A DNA stretch of 64,000 nucleotides, taken from assembly GCA_054600435.1 (NCBI GenBank), contig BAAIJX010000053.1:62001-126000 (forward strand). The letters are read 5' to 3'. The position numbers were made by a program, and so were the translations under genes. The stretch is from Neophaeotheca triangularis. Taxonomy: Eukaryota. A model generated the notes under the pieces. It worked only from the letters and a program-made list of their open reading frames with translations. It was not told the origin of the DNA and did no database searches. Positions 49,326 through 60,400 of the stretch are shown one piece after another. The stretch's first letter is position 1; the number at the start of each line of letters is the position of its first letter.

Positions 49326-51734
49326 ATGTTGTAAGTGTTTAACCTCACTCGAGCCGGAACTGCTCGATCCTCCCTCTGAACCTCACTCCGAACCTCACTT
49401 CAAACCTCACCCGGTTCTCACTTCGCTCTCGCTTCACATTGCAGTCTTAAAGGCATGCCTCCTCCCCTTACTTCCTCCTCTTCTTTGCCCTATCAAGCTC
49501 TCACAACTTCCACATCACGCAATGATGTTCGGGTTCGTGAAGCGCGCGACCAAGGCCAAGCTCAAGTCCCTAGCTAACAAAGTCTCCGCCTGCCTACAGC
49601 GTCCTGCCTCCAGTACGTATCGCGGCAATCTGGACGACGACGCCGACTCCATGCTAACACCGCTACTCCCAAAAGCCCCCGAGGTACCCACAGGTACGGA
49701 GCAGCATGCCCTTGGGAGGACAGACTGGCTTCAGCAGTTGGATGATCTTAACCGCGAGAGACAGGGCTCCATCTACACAGGTCTGCCAGGTGGTGGAGGG
49801 TTACTCGAAACCAACAACACTCTCGAACACCCCACGGGGCCTCAGTATCAGCTAGTCGCAGGTGAGGGCACGTACGTCCTCCGCGATGACCTTCACCTTG
49901 CGACCCCACCACCTCACCCTAGCGATGCGCCGCAACCCAACAACAACCCGCTTGCGACCACCATTGGCCCTCCTACGTCCGGCACCAAGCTCTCGCTAAC
50001 CATCCTCGCGCCTCGCAAACCCGCACCTCAGGGTCTCTTCCGCACAACCACCCAGCAAAGCACTAGGTCTGGCAGACCTCCGAGTATACAGGAAGAGGTG
50101 GGAAGTCCAAAGAGTGATGCTGGGTCCATGGCCAACGGCTTCGGCGCTATGTCAGGGCGGGGATACGGGGATGGAAATCCAGCACTCGTTCCTCCGCCAG
50201 TCAAAGGCAAGAAGGGAGACCAGAGACCCAAGCCGAAGAACAATATCATCAAGTCCAATTCGTCCTATGTCTCAAGGGTTATACCACATGAGGCACTGCA
50301 AAAGCGCCTCGGAGAACACTCTCCGGAGGGCACCTTCGCATTCGCCAACATCAACCGCGCGTTCCAATGGCTCGATCTCTCGTCAGACATCAAGGTCGAG
50401 AACATGACCAAGGTGCTCTTCACAAAGGCAAATTGTCTCTGTCACGACGTCAATCAGGCTACCAAATCCCCGAGCCACATCGATGTGATTTTGGGATTCA
50501 ACACTGGAGATATCATCTGGTACGAGCCGATTTCCCAGAAGTACTCTCGAATCAACAAGAACGGCATCGTTAATTCCAGCCCGATGTATTCGATTCAGTG
50601 GCTGCCGGGCAAGGAAAACCTCTTTCTCGCTGCGCACACGAACGGAACACTGGTGGTTTACGACAAGGATAAGGAGGACACAGAGTTACTTCCCGAGGAG
50701 GCTGTTCCCGCTTCTTCGACGTCCACTAACGGTCAAGCTACCGAGGCCTCCGAAACTGGATCTACCAACGGCACCCTGCCATCGCAACCAGCGCCCAAGC
50801 AACACTTTCAAGTCCTCAAGTCCATCCAATCCCGGAACCAAAAGGCCAACCCTGTAGCCGCCTACCAGCTCTCCAACTCTAAGATCAACGCCACCGCCTT
50901 CTCCCCTGACTCCCAACACCTTGCTGTCGTCTCCGATGATGGCGTTCTAACCATCATCGACTACGTCAACGAGCGCGTCCTCGACATCTACCGCTCCTAC
51001 TACGGCTCCTTCCTCGCAGTGACCTGGTCCCCAGACGGTCGTTACGTCCTAACCGGCGGCCAAGACGACCTAGTTAGCATCTGGAGTCTCATGGACCGCG
51101 CTTTAGTCGCGCGCTGCGTCGGCCACCACAGCTGGGTCACCGACGTCAAGTTCGACCCCTGGCGTTGCGACGAGCGCAACTACCGTTTCGGCTCCGTCGG
51201 TGAGGATTGCAGGCTTTTGCTTTGGGACTTCAGCGTCGGCATGCTCGGCCGGCCTCGCGCCGTTTCGCTGCAGCGCCAGCAGAGGGAGCGCGGTAGCATA
51301 TCCTCCCACCTCAACCCCCTCGATCGCAGCAAGACGCATGGCACGGCGAGTTCCAGCGGCGGCGCCGCGGCTGGGAGAGTGCGGTCGAACAGCGCGCTCT
51401 CGCAGACGCAGACGAGGAGCGATCGCAGCGGCGGCGTGGAAGGTGTCGACGGCGAGGCGGAAGAGACCGGCGGCGTCGAGCACCAGGTCGCTTCCATGAG
51501 GAGTGCCGCCGTCTTGCCCCCGGTTCTCAGCAAGGTCATCGACGACCATCCGTTGTGTTGGCTGGGGTTCGAGGAAAAGTGCGTGATTACGAGTTGCAAG
51601 GATGGTAAGTTTTGTGACGTATGACAGCGTTTGGATTTTGAGGAGTGCGGAGAAAGCTAATTGTTGTATTTGTAGGTCATATTCGCGAATGGGACCGGCC
51701 TAAGGAGGGGACGGGGGAGAATGCGCTGTTGTGA
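49326..51734 (+). CDS. creC: WD40 catabolite-repression protein CreC
   Basis: Coding exons 49326-49330, 49600-49612, 49676-49693, 49765-51604, 51676-51734 give MFVLPPPPRYPQGSIY...; KPKNNIIKSNSSYVSR, SYYG..WSPDGRY..TGGQDDLVSIW, RFGSVGEDCRLLLWDF; ends GHIREWDRP. Confidence 0.94.
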
Positions 51735-52115
51735 TTTCGATCACAATTAGGCTCGCCTGTAGTCGGAGAGTTTGAGTGATCAGTTTGGGCAGACTGCGGG
51801 CTTCTTAGCTTGTCCGCTGCTGCACATGTGCATCTTGCAAAGGATGGGTTTCCCACTGCTCTGGAGAAGCTTTTCTTGAGCAACTTAGGGATTTTACATA
51901 GCCTGCGCATGTCGACTTTGTAATAGCTCGGCCAAAAAGAACGTGGAACTCTCAAACCAGTATCAGAAAATACAGCAAAAGATGATGGTAACTCTTCTCG
52001 AGCCAGTTATAGAGGGGTAATCGTAAACACATAAAGCCAAAGCACCACCATCATCATAACAGCACCGCGCTCGATGCAAAAGACCACAGTCCCTTCCCCT
52101 CGACCGATCAAGCCC

Positions 52116-53131
52116 TCAGGAAAAGTCCTCCCCCTTCTCCTCAATCCCCTCCTTAACCCTCAACAACAGCGTAGTCTTCCACTTATCCAATTTACTCATC
52201 TGGTCAAACTGAAACAGCTTATCGGCAAACTTCTCCTGGTCGCCCTCATCACACGCCTCAGCCAAATCGACCAACAACTGATGCTCGCGTGTCTGCGAAA
52301 ACGCCGGGTCCAGGTCGCGATAGCTCTCGAGAGCCCGGTTGGTGGCTACCATGTCGTTGCTGCAGAGGTGGCAGATGCCCGCTTTGAGCAAGTATTCCTT
52401 TACGCTCCATTTCATGAGGTTATTGTTAATGCTCGATTTGGCGATGCGCTCGTAGTTGGCGATTGCTTTTTGGTAGTCGCTGGACAGGGCTGCTAGGTCG
52501 GCGAGCTTGAGGTACAGCTTGTTGGCCAGACTGTGTGTGGATTGTGTTAGCGACGGCTGCTCTCGGGCAGTGTTGTTACCTGGAAAAGGGGTATATCCTA
52601 CGCTTCAGCTCCGTCCGTCTCATACCACCCTGCTGCCGTCTCGTAGGCTTCCGCCGCCCGCTTCTCGTCGCCTATTTCGACCTCGTACAGCTCCGCCAGA
52701 TTCTGCTTGTGCCCCGCCGCCCGTCGGAAGTTGCCCTTCATGGTGTAGTGATTTATGGCCTGATCCAGACACCTGGCGGCGTCCTCGGGCGAGTCCTTGC
52801 GGTAAGCCTTGTAGGCTTCGGTGAGGGTGTTGGCGGCGTCATCGGGTTCGGAGAGTTTGGAAGTCTGGAGAGAGGCGGCTTTTTCGAAACTTTGACCGGC
52901 TTCGATGCCCGATTTTTGCATGCGGAAGGCGTTGGCCGCTTGCGTGTAGAGGTCGACGGCGGCTTCGTATTTTTCGGTTTTGCCGCCGAAGAGCGAGAAG
53001 CCGCTGCTGGCTGAGGAGACTTGTTTGTCCGCCTGCTCGTCGGCGAGAAGGGTTTAGCTAAGGTCTCTTGGTTTGTAGCGGTTGGTTGCTGTACTGACCT
53101 TTTGGAGGAGGGCGCGGGGGTCCTGCGCCAT
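52116..53131 (-). CDS. SEC17: Alpha-SNAP vesicle fusion protein
   Basis: MAQDPRALLQK-ADKQ..GFSLFGG (intron 53033-53098); intron 52531-52601; MKWSVKEYLLKAGIC, SKLDKWKTTLLL, EDFS*. Confidence 0.97.
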
Positions 53132-53476
53132 GATCGCTAGGTTGTTTCGAGGTTGATGCTGGGGTATACGAAAGGAGACGTTGTCGCTGAAATGTTGGCT
53201 TGATCAACTATACAAGTGACCTGTATGGACTCTCACATGATATGGTAAGACGTTTATTCAGTCCCAAGCTGCGTGATTGGAGGTACCTAGGTAAATCGGC
53301 ACAGCGACAGGAGTTGGTGTAGCTGCCTGACGTACAGGTAGCGCGGGGAGTGGGGCCCTGAGGCTCTGCGGTCTCGCGGGAGCTACTGCATGCCAAGATA
53401 TCAAAAGTGAAAGTTAAGGAGACGAGATCCGAGGACAACTTCTACATCCCCTCTCATCATCTGACCAAACATCCGA

Positions 53477-55612
53477 ATGCTGAGTGCGAGTCGTTCACGA
53501 GTCGCTACAGCGTCAGAACTGCTATGGCGCCATAGCAGATTACGCCTGCCACTCGTGTGTGGCAACAATGGCGGAGCACATTTCAGACGGGAGCCGCTTG
53601 GAACATCAACATGGAGGGCGGCTGAGGGCTTCAAGCTGCTCTCAATGAGCCACGTTCTCCGCAACCGTAGTGAGCAACCTGCGCTTTCCGCCGAACCTTC
53701 GAGCGCTGCTTTGGGGGACACCGCCCAGTCAGTCCTGCCCAAGCGCGAGAAGCAGCTTCCTACAACTTGCCCAGGATGCGGGGCTCTCGGCCAGGTTGTG
53801 GACCCAGAGGTTGCGGGCTTCTACAATCCCGACAGGAAAGCTGTCAAGTCTTATCTACGAGGTAGTGATACCAAGGCCGAAGAGGACAGCATTTTCAAGG
53901 AGGCTCTCGCGAGACTTGACAAGTCCACTTTCCCCTCCATGGACCGAGAATTAGAAGAGCAGCCTCGCTCAAGACCGAGGACCGACGACGCTCCAATCTG
54001 CGATCGCTGCCACGAATTGAGACACCAATCGAAAGGCACCGGCATCATTCATCCCTCCATGCAGTCAATCCAAGCCATCATCGAGGAAAGCCCCCATAAG
54101 CACAACCACATTTACCATGTCGTGGACGCTGCTGACTTTCCAATGTCGCTGATACCAAACCTCCAGCATGCTCTAAATCTTCCTCGACTACGGACACAAA
54201 ACCGTAGGAGTAAGCACATGCGCTACGTACGTGGACGAGTAGCTGAGGTCAGCTTTATCATCACGCGCAGTGACTTGCTGGCACCGACGAAAGAGCAAGT
54301 TGATAGGCTTATGCCGTATTTACAAGCCGTACTCAGGGATGCTCTTGCTAGAAACGACAAGAAGATGAGGCTAGGCAATGTGAGATGCGTGTCGGCTAGA
54401 CGAGGCTGGTGGACGAAGCATGTCAAGGAAGAAATTTGGGCAAGAGGAGGGGCCGGCTGGATGGTAGGAAAGGTCAACGTGGGTAAAAGCGCACTGTTTG
54501 AGGTCGTCTTCCCAAAAGGCAGGAACGAGAATGTGAAGCGCTTGCGTGCTGAGGCAGAGAGCAGTGCGGCTGACAGTGCAGTGGACATGCCAAAGCTTAT
54601 CGAGGGTTCGGACCCTGGAGTTGGTGAATCTGTTGAAGCTATCGATGCACCCACTGAAAGTATTGAAGAGCCAAAGGCACAATCGGCGGAGACCTCACGT
54701 GAAGGTGACACGGCCAAGGTTCGGAAGGACGAATCTTTCCAGGAATCTGAGCTGCTCATGAGTAAAGCTCAAGCAGCAGATCATGAGGAAGACTTTGGAC
54801 TGGACGAGGATATTGATTCCTCGCTTCTGCCACCAGCTCAACGAGAGACAGCCTACCCCTCCATGCCGCTGGTATCTTCCCTTCCAGGCACGACCGCTTC
54901 GCCGATTCGCATTCCCTTTGGCGGAGGCAAGGGCGAATTAATCGACTTGCCGGGCGTACACCGCAGCTCGCTCGATGAACATGTCAAGGACGAGCACAAA
55001 AGTGAACTAGTTATGTCATCACGAATCGTACCTGAGCAACAGACAATCAAATCTGGCCAGTCGCTACTCGTAGGCGGGATGATCAGGATCACACCAGAAG
55101 CAGAAGACCACGTATTTCTGGCGTACAACTTCACTCCTTTACATACCCATGTTACGGGCACAGAGAAAGCGATAGCTATCCAGACCGGCCAGCACACAGA
55201 CGGAACACCTTACGCTGGCACGGTCCCTTCCATCGCCACTGACATGGCCAAATCAATAATGAAAAGCGCAGGCAATTTCTACGTCGAATGGGATGCTACA
55301 AAACCTCGTGCTGGTCCATTAACCGATCCCTCGGCGGGCAAGCAAAAAGCCGCAAGTTTGCCCTTCACAGTATACAGCGCCGACATCCTGATCGAGGGTG
55401 TCGGTTGGGTAGAGATTGCTTGTCAAGTCCGCAATAAAATGGGCCTGCAGCTGCCAAAGATAGAGGTTTTTAGTCCACAGGGGCATTATGTGGGCATAAG
55501 GAGGCCTATGAACGCTTACCTACTCGGCGGACCGAAGACAACCGGGAACCATGAACGGAGGCCGAGGCCTAGGCAAAGCATATCACTACAGAAGAGAAAG
55601 AGACAAGGTTGA
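53477..55612 (+). CDS. GEP3: Mitochondrial circularly permuted GTPase (YqeH/NOA1/Mtg3 family)
   Basis: Arg-rich presequence, CPGC...CDRC zinc finger, DAADFP, TRSD (G4), VGKVNVGKS (G1), PGTT (G2), DLPG (G3). Confidence 0.9.
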   Translation: MLSASRSRVATASELLWRHSRLRLPLVCGNNGGAHFRREPLGTSTWRAAEGFKLLSMSHVLRNRSEQPALSAEPSSAALGDTAQSVLPKREKQLPTTCPGCGALGQVVDPEVAGFYNPDRKAVKSYLRGSDTKAEEDSIFKEALARLDKSTFPSMDRELEEQPRSRPRTDDAPICDRCHELRHQSKGTGIIHPSMQSIQAIIEESPHKHNHIYHVVDAADFPMSLIPNLQHALNLPRLRTQNRRSKHMRYVRGRVAEVSFIITRSDLLAPTKEQVDRLMPYLQAVLRDALARNDKKMRLGNVRCVSARRGWWTKHVKEEIWARGGAGWMVGKVNVGKSALFEVVFPKGRNENVKRLRAEAESSAADSAVDMPKLIEGSDPGVGESVEAIDAPTESIEEPKAQSAETSREGDTAKVRKDESFQESELLMSKAQAADHEEDFGLDEDIDSSLLPPAQRETAYPSMPLVSSLPGTTASPIRIPFGGGKGELIDLPGVHRSSLDEHVKDEHKSELVMSSRIVPEQQTIKSGQSLLVGGMIRITPEAEDHVFLAYNFTPLHTHVTGTEKAIAIQTGQHTDGTPYAGTVPSIATDMAKSIMKSAGNFYVEWDATKPRAGPLTDPSAGKQKAASLPFTVYSADILIEGVGWVEIACQVRNKMGLQLPKIEVFSPQGHYVGIRRPMNAYLLGGPKTTGNHERRPRPRQSISLQKRKRQG

Positions 55613-55719
55613 TATGTGCTGTAGTATCCTGCAGCCCCACGATACCAGCGAACCAGCGCCGAATGCACAACATTACGCCAAGGCAACGCATACTAAGACC
55701 AAGTTGCGTGGTTACCTTC

Positions 55720-56723
55720 CTACTCCCCTCTCCATTGATCCTGCTCGTGGATCAGTCGTCTCGGACTAGCCCTCCTCCCTTCGACCTGGGTAGCGAGCTC
55801 AGACTCGCTATTCAAGCGCGTGATTTCGTTCTGAACCGATTCATCGTCGGTCTGGTCTTCGACATCTCGGTATTCAATTTCAGGAGCCCCTTGAACTCCG
55901 CTGCTCCCGATCTGGCGACCGCTCGTCGACAGCCAGGACTGAGAAGTCTGCGAGCCGTCCATGTAATAAAGAGCGACCTGATGCTCGTAGTCAGCTACTC
56001 CGTCTGACCACACCCATCCTGGGTGCCAGATTAGCCCCACATACCTTCCACAAAAACAACCCGATGGGCACCACGAGCAACAAAACCGCCACCTTCCTCT
56101 CCTCCCCTTGCCACGGCCTAAAGCAGCTCCCACTTCTGTCCTGATACCTCACGATACAAGCATCCGCCTCCCTCCCCTCAATATGACTGGGGAAAGGCCA
56201 AGCCATGTCCCGCATACTCCTCAACCCGCAACACTGAAAAGCATCCTGTATAGCCCTAAGCGCCCTCTCATTCTTGGCGCGAAATAACTCCTGCCACCGA
56301 GTCTCCAGCGCACAGCCCAGACTCTCTTCGGGCCCGATGTGCGTGCCTGCGAGCGTCGCGAGCACCGTCTCGAAGATTAGGAATGTGATGAGTGTGTAGA
56401 GTGTTAGGTGCGAGGTGGGCGGTAGGCGGTGCGTGTGTTTTCGGAGTCTGGACGACGTCTCGAGAGATTGGAGCGCGCTGACTGCGAGGCCGGCGAGTGG
56501 AGGGAGCGCCACTGTGAGCGCGGTTAGGATGTTTGGGATGGGCAGGGAGTGGGCGTTGGCGCTGTGGAGGGCGTAGGCTGCTAGGGCTGTTAGGAGGGTT
56601 AGATACTGCCGTATCGTGGTGGTTAGCTTTGGGTTGGAGTTGGTACGTGGGTTGGGTTCATAGACATACGAGCACGCTTATGCTTGTCGCGATTCTGCGG
56701 CGGGTTGCTGATTGAGAAGGCAT
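55720..56723 (-). CDS. Fungal tetraspanin (Tsp3-like)
   Basis: Exons 56723-56670, 56605-56045, 55977-55720; four hydrophobic segments and IQDAFQCCG extracellular-loop motif. Confidence 0.82.
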
Positions 56724-57441
56724 GTTCTTTCGCTCGACTGTGTCCTATTAGAATATGAATGCTCTGCTTGATTTCACCGGTCCTCTCAGCACTTCCGTAG
56801 AAGCTTCCAAGGTACTCCGTGACTTCCAGACAAGCTATAGCAACGCTCTCGAGTAGCAAGTAGAAGGGATCGGTCCAACTCACAGTGACCAAGACGAGGC
56901 AGTTACAAAGGAAGAACTATACAACACAACCTCCCCTTCGACGTTACATAGATAACTAATGACAATACCTGTTTCGCTGACCCGTGCCACACACCCTCAA
57001 AAGATAGCAATTATTAGCAAGCTCGTGGGATGTGTGATGGCTCGATCATGCAATCCCGCAACGCTACAAAGGTACCTCCAGACCTCCGCATCTTGTCGCG
57101 AGTGGGAGGGGTGGCGATCGACGATTGGGCTACTTGGTCGTGCTTGGTGCCCAAGGTGCACAGTATGTAATATCGTCGTGCGGTTTGCTCGCTTTTAAAT
57201 GTGAATGTATCGTATCACAGATCTGTGCAGGTGAGTGGGGACGGAAGTTCGCGATAGCAGATGGTGAGACTGGTGTGCTCGGTGTACACAATACTGTTGA
57301 TGGGGGAGCAGCAACTCTCATCTGGATTTCCAATATCGCTTGCGTGCTATTGCTATTGCTATTGCTATGTTGCATTATCAAACCGTTTCGAACGCTAGGC
57401 AATGATGATCGACAAGCAACTTCTGCTTCGAAGCCTTTCTA

Positions 57442-60400
57442 CTACACCATCAGAGCACCGGTCTCATGCCCATCGCTACCCCTCGCATTACTAGCACATT
57501 TTGCTCTTCCAGACAATATCCTCTCATGTGCTGCACAAAACCTCGCAAGACTGGCTAGCAGAGCTTCTTTCTCCTCGTCCTCTTCACCCAGATCAACAAG
57601 AACTTCTTTCCACCCTTGTCCACGTCGCACATAGTACTGGCCATCCATTGCTTTCCAGTCACGGTCGAAGGCTTCCTGCACCTGCCTTGAGGCGAAAATT
57701 CTTGCCTCCGGCCACGGGTCGTTGGGAGCGGGCTGGACCACGTCGTCCTCCGGCACAATGGCGTCTTCCGAGCGGCTGAGCGCGGTTTGGACGGTGCGCG
57801 CAAGAAATGACAGCCGGTCCAATCGTGCTTTCGGAGCCTTGGACGCGTTCGGAAACTCGCCGAGGTATTGTACCGTGGTCAAGCAAGCTCTTGCGACATC
57901 GTAGATAACAGCGAGCGGTCTTCGCACGTGAGACAGTCGCAGTAAGCCAGGGTGGATGAGTGCGAGTTCGACCGGTTGAACCAAGCTGGATAGGAAGCAG
58001 TCGAAGATCTCTGAAGCCGCTTCTACGCTTGAGCAACGTTCAAATTTGATTCGGTAAAGAAGGCTCGATGCAACATTCGCAGAAGCTTCCAGGAGGGGCA
58101 GCGCAAGAATCCACGCACACGTGCTTGTAAGGCAGCTTGCTATGTAGACGGGGAAGACCGAGGTGAGTAAGACATGTCGCAGCGTAGGTGAATTGTTCTT
58201 GTCAAGCTCCATATCATCTGAGAGTGCGGCGGACAATTGTGTGATGAGGTATGGCTGTTGTCCGTCGACCACCGCCCTTTCAGTTACGGAATGCACAAAG
58301 GTGGCAAGCTGCTTCTGCGGTCGTGGCTCTTTGAGCTTCGGTGCATAGCTACGTAGTCTGCCGACCACATATGTGGGATCCGTGGCAGGAAGGGGAAAGG
58401 CGGTAGAGTCTGTAAAGAAAGAGTCGACCTGGCAGACATCGCCGGCATATTGCTGCAACATGGCTACTACTTGCTGGACAAATTCGACATAGGACCCTTG
58501 GGTGTCCGCTTGCGCAGTCTCGCTTTGGCAATCCGCTTGGAGCTCCTGGTAGTTGCTCTTCATTGCCATCATAACCTGACGCAAGATCTCGGTATAGCTG
58601 CGTTTTACGCTGAGGGCAGCCTGGAAGCCACGGTCGTTGGCTTCGAAGAAGTCGGTCTGTACGTTGGAAAGTACGCTCGAGATTGTGGAGAGGCGTCTTT
58701 GGCGGAATTCCTGAAAATTGATGCGATAGGAGTCGTTCTCTTTCGGCTTGCTGAAAGGTAAGTTTTGCAACAAGATCTCGGCCCCAGCATGTTTGAGTAA
58801 CGCAGAAGTTAACCGGTGCTGGAACTTCAAAGCGCCTTCCCGCTCGACAAGGGATATCAGCCAGGCATGCAACACAATCTGGCGAGCTTCGTCAGATTCA
58901 CAGCAGCCGTTTTCAACAAGCAGTGCCAGATAATAGCCAGTGTATTTGCGCCTTTGGACGGTGTTGAGAAGTTGGAACCAGCTGGTATTGGCATATTGGT
59001 CCACGCAGCTTGTCCAAGAACGGATCCCAGTTGCAACGCATTTGGTGCTTACAAGAACCCAAGTGTCAACGAGGTCCAGCAAGAAGGAATCTTCGGGCGA
59101 AGTTTCTGCACCGAATGCACTAGACAGTAGCTGCAGGGTAGGCTCCTGCAGGAACTCGAACATCTTGGGTTGGCCGCCCACTGCAAGGTCTTCTGCTGCT
59201 GCGAATTCTTGGAGCGCGCTCGAATCGCCCCAGTCCTGGCTGTCTTCGCTCGAACTCTGACTATTACTTTGCGTTTTGAAGGTCGACTCTTTTTCGAGAC
59301 AAGTTCGGAGAAGCATGAGAGCCTCCTTCAGCATGTTGCCGATCCTCTGGTTGCCAGGCTCGAAAAGCTCAAACACGTTCCAAAACTTTGAAGCTTGCAC
59401 TAGCGAAGTAACTATAGGTAACGATTTCGCCGTAGCGACCGCACGTCTCATGGCAGTAAGTAGATCAATCAGTGTTGCCACTATTTGTCTTTGGTTCGAG
59501 GCAATGGTCATGCTGAGCAGCTCCTCCGTCATTCCATCTGCTCCCTTTGCTTTGGCTATGGCAAACTGTTGTTCTGCTTCTGGTCTTGCTTGACGATACT
59601 GACCAAGCGTAGCTGTGAGCATGTCATGGTACCAAGCCTCGAAAGGCTCTACCGAGACCGCTGGCTCGTCCGTAGACACTTGGAAGGCAGCAAGGTTGGA
59701 CCATGCACGCACGCTCAAACGGCAGGCTTCCCTATGGGATGAGGAATGATCGACGAGGTTCCGCAGCAGATCGAGTCTGATTCTGTTGCTACCGGGTGAG
59801 GCGTAGTACAGCGTGCACAACAAGTCATGATGGTTGCGCAGTGAATCGAGGTCAGCTTGTTGCAATTCCGCATCTTTGCGGTGTGTTCGGCCATGATTGG
59901 GAATGAAGCGCCATGCGATGCCGCCGATCTTCTTCGCATTGTAGACAGAGTGCTTGCTCATGCCTTGCAAACCCGCGGCCAACGACTTCAGAAAGATGGC
60001 AAACGAACGGTCCTCTAACTCTACGTCGAGAGAGGGGGCCTTGTCGAGCTCGCTAAGGAACGTTGGTGACCCTCGACTTTCCTCGTTCTGCAGGGGTGCC
60101 ATACTTCGTTTTGCGAAAAAATCGAAAATCAGGCCAAGGATAGGCTCGCACCGAAACCAACCCCAGCGCGTGATCAGACAGTGGCAACGAATGAAGATAG
60201 CTCTCGTGTATTCGTTGATCGTTGTACCTGGTCGCGCAATAGTTGCCGGGTACAGCTCGAAAAGTCGGTTTAGGAATCGCTTGATGGCGACCCAATTATC
60301 TAGGGATCCGGCGAAACGACTGCCAACCTGCAATGTCCCATGTGCATTGAGCTCAAGTACTGGCAAAACGCTAAAAAGGTCGTACCATGCATTGTCCAGC

